A stretch of 64,000 nucleotides of DNA from Candidatus Poriferihabitaceae bacterium (GTDB lineage Bacteria; Pseudomonadota; Gammaproteobacteria; Arenicellales; Poriferihabitantaceae): NCBI GenBank assembly GCA_965203265.1, contig CBDBBV010000002.1:2072207-2136206 (forward strand), read 5' to 3'. The stretch's first letter is position 1; each line of letters opens with the position of its first letter. Below the pieces are notes generated by a model. It had not been told where the DNA came from and made no database searches. It saw nothing but the letters and a program-made list of their open reading frames with translations. The translations under genes and the position numbers were made by a program. This document shows, piece by piece, positions 29,769-40,422 of the stretch.

Positions 29769-29812
29769 AAAATATAGCATAATGCGCCCTCGGCTTTGGT
29801 GGGAGCAGGCAG

Positions 29813-30568
29813 TTGAAGAAATACCGCGACAATGCGGTCGATCTCAGGCACTCCGTGGACTTGGCATTCTGGCAAAAGCCCGAGGGCGTAACCGTGCCGG
29901 ACGACGAGCTGAGCTTTTTGCTGGTGCCCGATGCGGTGGTGGCGGCGGCATGTTTTACTCTAGCCAAGCAGGTTCACGCCTATCAACGCGCGCACGCCGG
30001 CAGCCGAGCGCAGATCACCAAGGCGCTGATGGTCACCATGGGCGGGTTGTTGCCCAGCGTCATTCTGTATGACCATCTGGTCGAAGGGCGGCGCGAAAAC
30101 ATTCCCAAGATCGAATTCGGCACCATCGGCCTGTCGCTGTACAAGGGGCCCGGGGAGCGCTACGAGAATCCGCTGATTCAGCACGGCATATCCATCCCCA
30201 TCAGCGGCCAGAGCGTGCTGGTGATCGACGATCTCGGCGACGAGGGCGGCACCATGCAATTCGTCGCCAAGTACATTCGCGACAGCGGCGCCCACCGGGT
30301 GTTGAATCTGGCGATGTACATGAAGCCCAAGGCGATGGCGGTCAGCGGCGCGCAATTCTACTTCGGCGAAACGCCGCAGGATACTTGGATCATCACCCCG
30401 CGCGAACGGGTGGAAACGCTGGTGAAGCGGGTGCCCCTGTGGAAGCGGCGCGGCGCGTCCAGAGCGGAGTGTCGGCGTCGTCTGGTCGAGTTGATCGGCT
30501 ACAGCGAAGACGAGGTCGAGTACTACTTGCCGCGAGTCTACGATCAGGCGCCCTCGCCCTCACCCTAA
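29813..30568 (+). CDS. Type I phosphoribosyltransferase family protein
   Basis: VLVIDDLGDEGGT PRPP-binding motif; TTG start uncertain. Confidence 0.8.
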   Translation: MKKYRDNAVDLRHSVDLAFWQKPEGVTVPDDELSFLLVPDAVVAAACFTLAKQVHAYQRAHAGSRAQITKALMVTMGGLLPSVILYDHLVEGRRENIPKIEFGTIGLSLYKGPGERYENPLIQHGISIPISGQSVLVIDDLGDEGGTMQFVAKYIRDSGAHRVLNLAMYMKPKAMAVSGAQFYFGETPQDTWIITPRERVETLVKRVPLWKRRGASRAECRRRLVELIGYSEDEVEYYLPRVYDQAPSPSP

Positions 30569-30903
30569 TGCAGCCGAATCCCGCCGACGACGAATACCCA
30601 AACCAGCAGCAGCGCGCACGCCAGCGGCGCGGCGGCGACGAGCACGGCGTGGCGCGCCCGCTGCCCGCGCAGGAGGCGCGGGGCGAGGAATATGCCGCCC
30701 AACAACAACAGCGGATAGGCGAGCAACAGTGCCATGAAGGCGTATTCGTGCAACAGGCCGGGGACGCGGCCTTCGCCGTCGACGATGAGGAAGGTGAACG
30801 GCGCCAGCGGGACGATGATGACTCCCGGGACGGCGGAGCAAATGATGACTGCGTAGACCAGCTTCTTCACGACAACGACAAGCCCCTGAAAAACGCGAAT
30901 CAT
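30565..30903 (-). CDS. Hypothetical membrane protein
   Basis: Three hydrophobic segments; fills an intergenic gap. Confidence 0.55.
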   Translation of the reverse strand: MIRVFQGLVVVVKKLVYAVIICSAVPGVIIVPLAPFTFLIVDGEGRVPGLLHEYAFMALLLAYPLLLLGGIFLAPRLLRGQRARHAVLVAAAPLACALLLVWVFVVGGIRLH

Positions 30904-31006
30904 AGCAGGCAATGAACGATCACCGAACCCCCGCGTTGGCGCCGCTTCCCTGCCATCAGGCGCAAACTGCACAAACTCGAGCCGCCGCCGGAGATGGAAT
31001 CCGGCC

Positions 31007-31921
31007 ATGAACGCAACGCCGCCGGCCATCGATTCCCGACGAGGGCTTGCCATGCTGCTCATGGTAGTCAGCTCGGTGGTGATCAGTTTCGGCGGGCTGA
31101 TCGTGCGCAGCATGGAGGCGGCGCTGCCGTGGCAGATCAATTTCTACCGCTCGGCCGCCCTGCTCGGCGTGGTCGCCGTCTTCATCGTGCTGCGATACGG
31201 GCGCAAATCCGTCTCGGTGGTGGGCAACATCGGCGCGCTGGGGTGTCTCGCCGGCGTGTTCCTCGGCTGTGCCGGCATGGCCTTCCTGCAAGCCCTGACG
31301 CGCACCACGGTGGCCAACACGTTGTTCATCCTCGGCGCCATCCCGTTCTTCGCCGCCCTGTTGGCGCGCATTCTGCTCAAGGAAAAACTGACGCGGGCAA
31401 CCTTGCTGACCATGGCGGTCGCCGCGCTGGGATTGGTGGTGATGGTGTTCGAGGGCATTGCCATCGGCGTCGGTGCCGGCAATGGCTTTGCCCTGCTTAC
31501 CGCATTCCTGTTCGCCTCCTACGCGGTCGCCCTGCGCAGCAGGCGGCAGAAGGAAATGTTGCCGACGCTGCTGATCTCGGCGATCGTCATCATGGCGGCC
31601 TCGGTGATCGCTCAGGGCGGCGACCTGTCCATCTCGTGGCGCGATATGATGTTGAGTTTCCTCTGGGGCGGATTGCTGTCCGGGGTGGCGAACTGGTTGT
31701 TCATCTACGCTTCCCGCCACCTCGCCGCCGCCGAGGTTACCCTGTTCATGCTGCTGGAATTCGCTCTGGGGCCCCTCTGGGTGTGGCTGGTTGTCGACGA
31801 ACAGCCCTCTATGTGGAGTATCGTCGGCGGCCTGTTGATCATCCTCGCGGTCGCCGTGCGCGCCGTAGTCGAACTGTTGGGCAAGTCCAAGCCGTCGCGC
31901 GTCCCGGAGCCGCCGGTATGA
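31007..31921 (+). CDS. DMT (EamA) family transporter
   Basis: About 10 TM segments in a duplicated EamA pattern, LE..LGPLWVW. Confidence 0.9.
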   Translation: MNATPPAIDSRRGLAMLLMVVSSVVISFGGLIVRSMEAALPWQINFYRSAALLGVVAVFIVLRYGRKSVSVVGNIGALGCLAGVFLGCAGMAFLQALTRTTVANTLFILGAIPFFAALLARILLKEKLTRATLLTMAVAALGLVVMVFEGIAIGVGAGNGFALLTAFLFASYAVALRSRRQKEMLPTLLISAIVIMAASVIAQGGDLSISWRDMMLSFLWGGLLSGVANWLFIYASRHLAAAEVTLFMLLEFALGPLWVWLVVDEQPSMWSIVGGLLIILAVAVRAVVELLGKSKPSRVPEPPV

Positions 31922-31946
31922 GCGGCCGGCGGTTGCCCGCTGCCCG

Positions 31947-33149
<1,203 letters not shown>

Positions 33150-33168
33150 TCAACCCTGCCCGACCCCC

Positions 33169-33828
33169 ATGTTGCACAACCTCGACAAAAGACTGATATG
33201 CGGCCTCATGCTGTTTCACATCGGCGTGATCGCGCTGGCGAATTACACCGTGCAGTTCACCGGCACATTCGACGGCCATGTTTTCATAGTTTTGGGCGGC
33301 GTTCCGATTATTGATGAGGTGCAATTCACCGGCACATTTGACGGCCATGTTTTCACTTGGGGGATGTTCGTGTTCCCGTTGGTCATCCTCGCCACCGACC
33401 TCACGGTGCGGCTGTCGAACCAACGCAACGCGCGCGTCATCGTCGCCGGCGCATATATCCCGGCGATCGTCATCAGCGCTTGGCTGGCCGATTGGCGCAT
33501 CGGCCTCGCCAGCGGCAGCGCCTATCTGCTCGGTCAGCTGCTGGATATCACGGTCTTCCAGAAAATCCGCGAGCGCAGCAGATCCTGGTGGGCGGCGCCG
33601 CTGATCTCGACCTTCTTCGCCAACATCCTCGACACCTATACCTTCTATTCGGCGGCATTCTACCGCTCGACAGACCCCTTCATGGCGGAGAATTGGGTCG
33701 AGGTGGCAAGCGTCGATCTGGTCTTCAAGATCGTGGTGTCGATACTACTGTTCCTACCGGCCTACGGCATCCTGCTCAACTATCTTCAGGGCAGATTGGC
33801 GCTGAACCAACCCGCCGTTCGTTCCTGA
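33169..33828 (+). CDS. yhhQ: Queuosine precursor transporter (VUT family)
   Basis: HIGVIALANY.VQ, TWGMF.FP...LATDLTVR, GQLLDI.VF, PAYGILLN. Confidence 0.9.
   Translation: MLHNLDKRLICGLMLFHIGVIALANYTVQFTGTFDGHVFIVLGGVPIIDEVQFTGTFDGHVFTWGMFVFPLVILATDLTVRLSNQRNARVIVAGAYIPAIVISAWLADWRIGLASGSAYLLGQLLDITVFQKIRERSRSWWAAPLISTFFANILDTYTFYSAAFYRSTDPFMAENWVEVASVDLVFKIVVSILLFLPAYGILLNYLQGRLALNQPAVRS
33250..33355 (+). repeat. 37-bp direct repeat pair with a 32-bp unique spacer, in frame within yhhQ
   Basis: 33250-33286 and 33319-33355, 35/37 identical. Confidence 0.9.
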
Positions 33829-33841
33829 GGTTGCCCCGCCC

Positions 33842-36800
33842 TCACGCCGCCCACTCGCGCCAACCCTGCAGCGCGGGGAAATACAAGCCCAATCTGATCT
33901 CGCCCGGCTGAAGTTGGCCGACTATGGCGGCGTAGCGCGACAGCTGCGCCCGGTGTCGCGCTTGCTCCTCATCCAGAAATTCGTCCAGCTCGGCGCCCTG
34001 ATGGTGGCTGGATTTGAAATCGACGATCCAGCGCACGCCGTTTTCGTCGATGAAGCTGCGGTCGACGACGATGCGCACCACCCGTCCGTCAACCTGCCCG
34101 GCGAGGGGCCATTCGCGCCGGATGTCCCGGTGCGCGGCGGAAAACAGCCAAGCCGCGCGGGAATCCCGCCGCGCCTTGTCGACGGCGTCTTCCACCCGTT
34201 TCAGCGCCGCCGCCAAATCGGGCTCGGCAATGCCGTTTTCCCGCAGCTGGGTGCGCCATTGCGCCCGTTGGTTTTCGTCGGTGCGCCGCCGCCGCCAATT
34301 TTCCCAGCCGACTTCGTCGATCTGCTGCAATATCCGATGGATGACGATGCCGACGATTCTGGCGGTTTCGCCAACCCAGTTGAATTCGATGGAGTCCGAC
34401 ACATCGGCGTCGGCATCGGCGGCGGTCGTGGCCGCAATGCTCTCCGGCAACTCCGGCGGCGTCCACGCCAGCGGTAGCCGGTGCAGGGGCCGCGGCGGCG
34501 GGCGCGACTGAATCGGCTCGCTTTCGCCCGCCGCATCGTCGTCTTCGTCGGCAGCGGCGGCAATCTCATCAAACGAATCCCACACCTGCGGCCACAGCAG
34601 GGCCAGCAGGGAAGTCGAGGCCGGCTCCGCGGCTTCATCGGGCTTGGCGGCCTTGACGGCGACGGTGCCGAACAAGTGCAGATTCTTGCGCGCGCGGGTG
34701 CAGGCGACATACAGCAGCCGGCTCAATTCGTGGCGGGCTTGGTGCTTGTCCAGATGTTCGAGGTATCGGTACAGCGGATCGTCCCGGTCGGTACTCGGCG
34801 GCAGCGGCGCGATGAGCAATTGTTCGGGCAAAGCGCGCCAGCGCAACAGCGTCCTTTCCTCGCCGCGCGGTCGCCGTTCCAGACTCGGCAGGATGACGCT
34901 GTCGAATTCCAGCCCCTTGGCCTTGTGAATGCTGAGCAGCTGAACCCGCTCGCTACCGTCGCCGCCGCGCGCCCACAGGTCTTCACCGGCGCGCCGCAGG
35001 TTGTCCGGGGTGATTTCGATCTGTTGGGATTCCAGTTGATCGAGCAGGTCGAGGTAGCGGCGGCAATCGTCCAGATCCGAGGAGCCGACCGTGGCGGGTG
35101 CGCCGAGGGATAGCCAAGCGGCCTCCACATTCTGCCGCAGGCCGATGCGCCCGCGCCGATGGAGGGCGGCGGCGAGGGATTCGGTCAGACGCCCCAATCT
35201 GGCGCGCCCCTCCTCGGACAAGTCGGATACCCGCTCCTCGTCCTCCCACAGTTCAACCAGCGTGGCGGCATGGTCGTCGCCGACCAGAGCGGTGAGGTCC
35301 GCCAACTCCAAGCCGCACCACGGCGCGCGCAGCAGGCTGAGCCAAGCGACCCGATCGGCCGGCTGGACGAGGGCGCGGGTGAGGGCGGTCAGGTCGCGAA
35401 TGGCCGGGCGGTCGTTGAGCTTGACCAGGTCCACCGCCTGAAACGGGACCCCCCGTCGGCGCAACGCCGTGGCGATGGGGCGCAGGTGGGCGCGCACGCG
35501 GCCGAGCACGGCGATGGATTGATCCGCATCGTGTGCCAGCGCCTGCTCCACGAGGGTCGCGACAGCCTCCGCTTCGGATTCGGTTTCGGATGCGGCGGCG
35601 CGCTTGATGGCGGGGTGAATATGTACTTCGCAGGCCGGTTCGTCGCCCCCGGCGGCATGTGCCGGGGTGTAGCGTACCGCGCTGTTGATCAGGTCGTCTT
35701 GTTCGGGCAGCACCATTTCGAAGGTGCGGTTGAACCACGCCACCAACGGCGGCGCGGAGCGGAAGTTGGCGCTGAGAGAAACGGCTTCGAGGGGGATGTC
35801 GCCGAGGCCGTCCTGCCGCGCATTGAGAAAATTGCCGACTTCGGCGCCGCGAAATCGATAGATCGATTGCATCGGATCGCCGACGAAAAAGAGGGTGCGC
35901 CCGTCGCCCGGCTGCCAGCCTTCGGTCAGCTTTTCCAGCAAGCCGATGTGGGAGATGGAAGTGTCCTGAAATTCGTCCACCAGCAAATGCGACAGTTCGT
36001 AGTCGAAGGTCAACGCCAGATCCGAGGGGGCGTCCGCATCGCCGAGAGCCAACTCGGCGCGTTGGGTCAGCTCGATGAAGTCCGCCTGATTTCGCGCCTT
36101 GAACAGCAGTTGCAGCTCGCCCGCGGCCAATCGCAGCAGTTGCAACAGGGCGGCGGTCGTCTCCCATTGGGCGTCGCCGAATCGCGCTGGCGGCAGCAGG
36201 CGCGCTTCGCTCAGGGCATCCTCCAGCGCGGGTTGCTGCGCGCACCACGCCAGCAAATCGACCATTTGCTCTTTCCTCGCCTTGTGGTTGGGGGGGAAAC
36301 CGTGGCGCTTGTCCACTCGCTTCCGCAGGCCGCCGGTCCCCGTCAGCAGCAAGGCGGCGATGGCGTGCCATTGGTCGAGATGGAGATGATCGGCTTCAGG
36401 GAAATTCGGCACCTCGTGCAGGGCGGTTAGCGGCGAGGACACATCGTCCGCCAGCAGGTTGTCGGCGGCGAAGGCGCCCAGTTTCATGATTTCCGCCTGT
36501 TGTGTCGGCGGGAGCATCGCCGCCAGCCGCCGCAGCCCCTGCTCGACCACCTGCCGCCACATCTCTTCGAGACGCGCGCGCATTTGCATTGGCGTATCAG
36601 CACCCAGCACGCCCATCCACTTGTCGCGCTTTTCCAGCATCCCCGCCAGCAGGGATTGCGCCCGATTCCAGTCCGCATCCACCCAAGCGAGCAACCGGCG
36701 ACACGCCTGCGCCAACTGGCTGCCACCCTCGCCGTCCTCGCCATCCTCGATGTGATTGAGAGTCAGTGCGGCGGCCTGCCGATAGAGCGGGGCGGGATCG

Positions 36801-37228
36801 TCGATGATTTCCGGCGCCGCCCCGAATCGCGCTGACCACGGCATGCGCCGCACCAGCTCGCTGCACAGGGAGTCGATGGTCTGGATTCTGAGCCGCCGGG
36901 TGTTGGCGGTGATCTCCCAGCCGTGCTTGGCGTCGTTGGCCAGCGCCGCCTCGCCCAGAGAGCGCATTTCCGCATCGTCCCGCTCGCCTCCGCCGCCCGC
37001 CGCCGCCTGCCGAAGCGCGTGCACGATGCGCTCGCGCATTTCCGCGGTGGCCTTGCGGGTGAAGGTGATCGCCAGAATCTGCTCCGGCGCCTCGACGCGC
37101 GCCAGCAGGGCGAGATAGCGTCGCACCAGCAACGAAGTCTTGCCGGAACCCGCCGGTGCCTGCACGATGAACGAGCGTCGCGGGTCGAGGGCATGTTGCC
37201 GTTGGGCTTGGTCGGGTGGGGTGGTCAT
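33842..37228 (-). CDS. addA: AddA-like UvrD helicase/nuclease
   Basis: QAPAGSGKT, VDEFQDTS, GDPMQSIYRFRGA, IHKAKGLE, C-terminal DR..W.VDFK. Confidence 0.88.
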   Translation of the reverse strand: MTTPPDQAQRQHALDPRRSFIVQAPAGSGKTSLLVRRYLALLARVEAPEQILAITFTRKATAEMRERIVHALRQAAAGGGGERDDAEMRSLGEAALANDAKHGWEITANTRRLRIQTIDSLCSELVRRMPWSARFGAAPEIIDDPAPLYRQAAALTLNHIEDGEDGEGGSQLAQACRRLLAWVDADWNRAQSLLAGMLEKRDKWMGVLGADTPMQMRARLEEMWRQVVEQGLRRLAAMLPPTQQAEIMKLGAFAADNLLADDVSSPLTALHEVPNFPEADHLHLDQWHAIAALLLTGTGGLRKRVDKRHGFPPNHKARKEQMVDLLAWCAQQPALEDALSEARLLPPARFGDAQWETTAALLQLLRLAAGELQLLFKARNQADFIELTQRAELALGDADAPSDLALTFDYELSHLLVDEFQDTSISHIGLLEKLTEGWQPGDGRTLFFVGDPMQSIYRFRGAEVGNFLNARQDGLGDIPLEAVSLSANFRSAPPLVAWFNRTFEMVLPEQDDLINSAVRYTPAHAAGGDEPACEVHIHPAIKRAAASETESEAEAVATLVEQALAHDADQSIAVLGRVRAHLRPIATALRRRGVPFQAVDLVKLNDRPAIRDLTALTRALVQPADRVAWLSLLRAPWCGLELADLTALVGDDHAATLVELWEDEERVSDLSEEGRARLGRLTESLAAALHRRGRIGLRQNVEAAWLSLGAPATVGSSDLDDCRRYLDLLDQLESQQIEITPDNLRRAGEDLWARGGDGSERVQLLSIHKAKGLEFDSVILPSLERRPRGEERTLLRWRALPEQLLIAPLPPSTDRDDPLYRYLEHLDKHQARHELSRLLYVACTRARKNLHLFGTVAVKAAKPDEAAEPASTSLLALLWPQVWDSFDEIAAAADEDDDAAGESEPIQSRPPPRPLHRLPLAWTPPELPESIAATTAADADADVSDSIEFNWVGETARIVGIVIHRILQQIDEVGWENWRRRRTDENQRAQWRTQLRENGIAEPDLAAALKRVEDAVDKARRDSRAAWLFSAAHRDIRREWPLAGQVDGRVVRIVVDRSFIDENGVRWIVDFKSSHHQGAELDEFLDEEQARHRAQLSRYAAIVGQLQPGEIRLGLYFPALQGWREWAA

Positions 37229-39999
37229 CGAGCCGTCTCTCGCGCTTCGGAGTCGGAGTCCTCCTCGATGCGGCACAGGGCGTGCAGGCCGCATTGGGCG
37301 CACACGCTCGGGTTGAGGGGGTCGACGCCGGCCTCGCCGTCGAGAAATTCTCCGGCCAGCCGCGCCAGCACCGTGCGCCAGTGCGCCAGCAGTTCATCCC
37401 AATCGGCGAAGTCCCGTTTCAAGGCATGGCTTTGTGCCGGCGGGGAAACGCGGTTTGGCGAGGTGCCGGGGTGGTCGAATCCGCCGCTGCGGGCAATGCC
37501 GCTGAAACCGCACCCCCCGCGCTTCACCCAGCCGAATGCGACGATTTCGACCGGCGCTTCCTGAGCCAACACAGCGAGAACATACAGGGGCAACTGGGGA
37601 GATTGCGGGCGTTCGCCGAGCCAGTTGGCGAGACTGCTCGGCGTGCCGGTCTTGTAGTCGATGAGGGCGAGCGCGCCGTCCGCCATCCGATCGATGCGGT
37701 CGGCCTTGAAGGTCAGTTCGAGCCCGCACAAGCAGAGGGTGAATTTCTCCTCCAGCGCGTGGACGGCAAACGGAGCCGCCCGCAGTTTTTCCACGGCAAA
37801 CCATTCATCCAGCGTGTCGCTCGCCCATCGAGTCTGGGTCGCCTGAAACCGCTCGCCGCAGCCGCTCGCCGCCTGATGGCGCTGCCCGGCTCGCTCGGCC
37901 GCCTGATCGATGATCCCCCGCAGTTGTTCCGGCGAAATCTCGCCTAGCCGCTGCGACGATTGAATTTCGCCCCAAGCCAGTTGCAGCGCGCGATGAATCA
38001 GCGCGCCGCGCTCCCCAGCCGCCAGCCCCTGTTCGTTCTGCTCGATGTCGCGCGCCCCCAGCCGGTGGATGGCAAAGGCGCGAAACGGGCATTTCGCCTG
38101 ATTCTCGATCACCGCGATTCCGCCCCTGGCGGCACCCCCCTGCGCGAACGCGGGACCGCGAGTATCGACGAAAGTTTCCAGTTCGGGTTTGTGTTCGTGC
38201 AACAGGTTTGCCGGAGGTGGGTCGTCGGCGTCCCGACCATTCCCATCCCCATTCCATGAGGCGGCGGCGTCATCGAACAACGCGCTGGATTCGAGGGGAA
38301 CATCCCCGTCCATCCTCGCGCGGGAGAGCACGATTTCACCGGCGCAGGCGATGAGCCGCCGTTGCTGCTCGGCGGCGAGTTCGCGGTTGTGCGTCAGCGA
38401 GGCCGCGGGCACGCCGACCTGCCGCTGCAAGCCGACGGCGATGAACGGGTTGGGCCGCTGCTGCAACGGCCAATCGGTCTCCGTCAGGCCACCGAACCAC
38501 ACCCCGTCGAAACACTGCCCGGCGGCCTCCAGCACGCCGAGCACCTGCACCGGGGCGTCGTGCGCCTCCACCTGAAAGGGCTGCTCGGCCAACCTCCGCC
38601 GCAACCACGACAAAGCGGCGGCGGCACTCATCGGCGCGGCGCTGAGATCGAGGCTGGCGAGGCCGCGCAGCTGCCGATTAAAGGCGCGCGCGACCTGAAA
38701 TTCATCGCTGTCGAGGGAACGTTCGCCGGGCCAGCCGATGCGCTCGAGCCAGTCGCCGAAGTGCCGCGACCAATGGCTGCCCAGCTGCCGCCCACCGCCG
38801 TCCGGCAACAGCGGGAGCACGGCGTTCAATGCTTCGATGAGAGTCGGGCAATGGGGCACCTGCGAGGTGGACAATTCCCGCACAAACCGGCGGAATCGAA
38901 TTCGCGGGGGAAGTTGACTACGACACCACTGCGCAAGCATTGAGCGCGCCAGCGCCTCGCCGTCGGCTCCCCGCAGGAAGGGCGAACCGATCAAGCCGTT
39001 GATGGAGTCGAAGGGCAGCGGTTTGTCGTCCATCGGCGTCAATGCGTCCAGCGCGGCTTTTGCCACCGGGTGGTGGATGAGCGTCTTGCCCAAGGACAGG
39101 TGATAGGGCAGTTGGGCGCTCGGCCCGGGATCGGCCAGTTGCCGCGGGCTCAGTATTTGCTTGAGGGCGTATTCGATCGCGGGCGAAGACGCGGCCAGAT
39201 CGGGGGCGACCACGGCCAGCCGCGCCTGCGGATCGCGCCACAGTGTGTCGCGCGCCCAGCGGGCGGCGTGCAGCCACTGCTCGGCTTCATCCGCGTACAC
39301 GCGATATTCGACCTTGCGGTTGACGGATTCGGCGGCGGGGACGACCTCGATTTCCACCCCGATGTGGCGCAAGGCGTCGAGCAGCGACTGTTGCCCCGGC
39401 AACATCTGGTCGAAGCCGACAAATTTGTACTGCCCAGTCAGCTGCCCAGTCAGCTGCTCGGCCAGCGCGGCTGACTGGGCGCCTGCGGCAACGGCGGTTA
39501 TCCGGCTCGCCAGACGATGGGCGTCCATCCAGTTGCGCTCGGCGCACAATTCCTCGAATCGCCGCGCCCAGCGCACCCAGCAGCGGTGATCCGGCTGGTG
39601 CGATTTGGCGCACTCGTCGAGGTCGATTTCCCAGTCGTTGAGAATCCGCCAAGCGTCCACGGAGATTTTCGCGCTGGCGTGGGTGTTCCACAACGGCTCG
39701 GTCGGATGGGCGCGGCGGGCGATGTCGTCACGGATGATGCCTTCCCACGCCGCCGCGAGCTGCGCCTCGTTCAGCAGCAACGGAGCCTGCGGTAGGGCCT
39801 CGGCGAGGTCCCGCCACAGACGCTTCAGCCAAGCCGGGTAGGGCAGCACATCCGCCCTTTCCCAAGCCAACTTGCCGGCGGCGAGTTGCTGCCGGTCGAA
39901 TCGCCAAGTCAGTTCCCGCGAGAGGCGCGCGGTGGCGGTGATGGTGGTGGTGGCGGCGCTGGACAATCCTGCCAAGAGAGAATCCCTCGGGCGCGCCAC
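37225..39999 (-). CDS. addB: AddB-like DNA repair protein with PD-(D/E)XK nuclease domain
   Basis: CPFRAFA, DRID..LIDYKTG, PQLPLY, CAQC..LCR Fe-S motif. Confidence 0.85.
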   Translation of the reverse strand: MARPRDSLLAGLSSAATTTITATARLSRELTWRFDRQQLAAGKLAWERADVLPYPAWLKRLWRDLAEALPQAPLLLNEAQLAAAWEGIIRDDIARRAHPTEPLWNTHASAKISVDAWRILNDWEIDLDECAKSHQPDHRCWVRWARRFEELCAERNWMDAHRLASRITAVAAGAQSAALAEQLTGQLTGQYKFVGFDQMLPGQQSLLDALRHIGVEIEVVPAAESVNRKVEYRVYADEAEQWLHAARWARDTLWRDPQARLAVVAPDLAASSPAIEYALKQILSPRQLADPGPSAQLPYHLSLGKTLIHHPVAKAALDALTPMDDKPLPFDSINGLIGSPFLRGADGEALARSMLAQWCRSQLPPRIRFRRFVRELSTSQVPHCPTLIEALNAVLPLLPDGGGRQLGSHWSRHFGDWLERIGWPGERSLDSDEFQVARAFNRQLRGLASLDLSAAPMSAAAALSWLRRRLAEQPFQVEAHDAPVQVLGVLEAAGQCFDGVWFGGLTETDWPLQQRPNPFIAVGLQRQVGVPAASLTHNRELAAEQQRRLIACAGEIVLSRARMDGDVPLESSALFDDAAASWNGDGNGRDADDPPPANLLHEHKPELETFVDTRGPAFAQGGAARGGIAVIENQAKCPFRAFAIHRLGARDIEQNEQGLAAGERGALIHRALQLAWGEIQSSQRLGEISPEQLRGIIDQAAERAGQRHQAASGCGERFQATQTRWASDTLDEWFAVEKLRAAPFAVHALEEKFTLCLCGLELTFKADRIDRMADGALALIDYKTGTPSSLANWLGERPQSPQLPLYVLAVLAQEAPVEIVAFGWVKRGGCGFSGIARSGGFDHPGTSPNRVSPPAQSHALKRDFADWDELLAHWRTVLARLAGEFLDGEAGVDPLNPSVCAQCGLHALCRIEEDSDSEARETAR

Positions 40000-40040
40000 G
40001 GGCTAGGCGGTGGTCGATTCGTGGGCGGCCACGGCGCCCA

Positions 40041-40361
40041 TTACCCGCTCGCCCGCCCCCCGCGAATCAATTTCTCCATCCGCTCGGCCAGATCGAAGTC
40101 GCGGCGGGTGATGCCGCCGAATTCGTGGGTGATCAGATCGACCACAACGGTCTTGTATACATTGCACCATTCGGGATGGTGGTTCATCCGCTCGGCCACC
40201 AGCGCGACCTGCGCCATGAAACCGAAGGCTTCGACAAAATTCCCGAATGCGAAGGTCTTGTGGAGTTTCCCATCGGCGATTTCCCACGGCGGCGCGGCGT
40301 CTCGATTCAATCTGTCTAGGTGCTGGCGGACGGCTTCGGCGGACAATTTTTCTTCGGGCAT
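40041..40361 (-). CDS. phhB: Pterin-4-alpha-carbinolamine dehydratase
   Basis: [23 protein letters not shown]. Confidence 0.92.
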   Translation of the reverse strand: MPEEKLSAEAVRQHLDRLNRDAAPPWEIADGKLHKTFAFGNFVEAFGFMAQVALVAERMNHHPEWCNVYKTVVVDLITHEFGGITRRDFDLAERMEKLIRGGRASG

Positions 40362-40422
40362 TACGGCGTGCTCCTCGGTGGATTTGTCGGGCGATTATAC
40401 GCTGGATAAACGGCGTTCGGCC

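Noticed and set aside
33250-33355. Functional mini-CRISPR array
   Set aside because: Only two repeats, inside a conserved CDS, with no leader or cas genes; kept only as a scar hypothesis.
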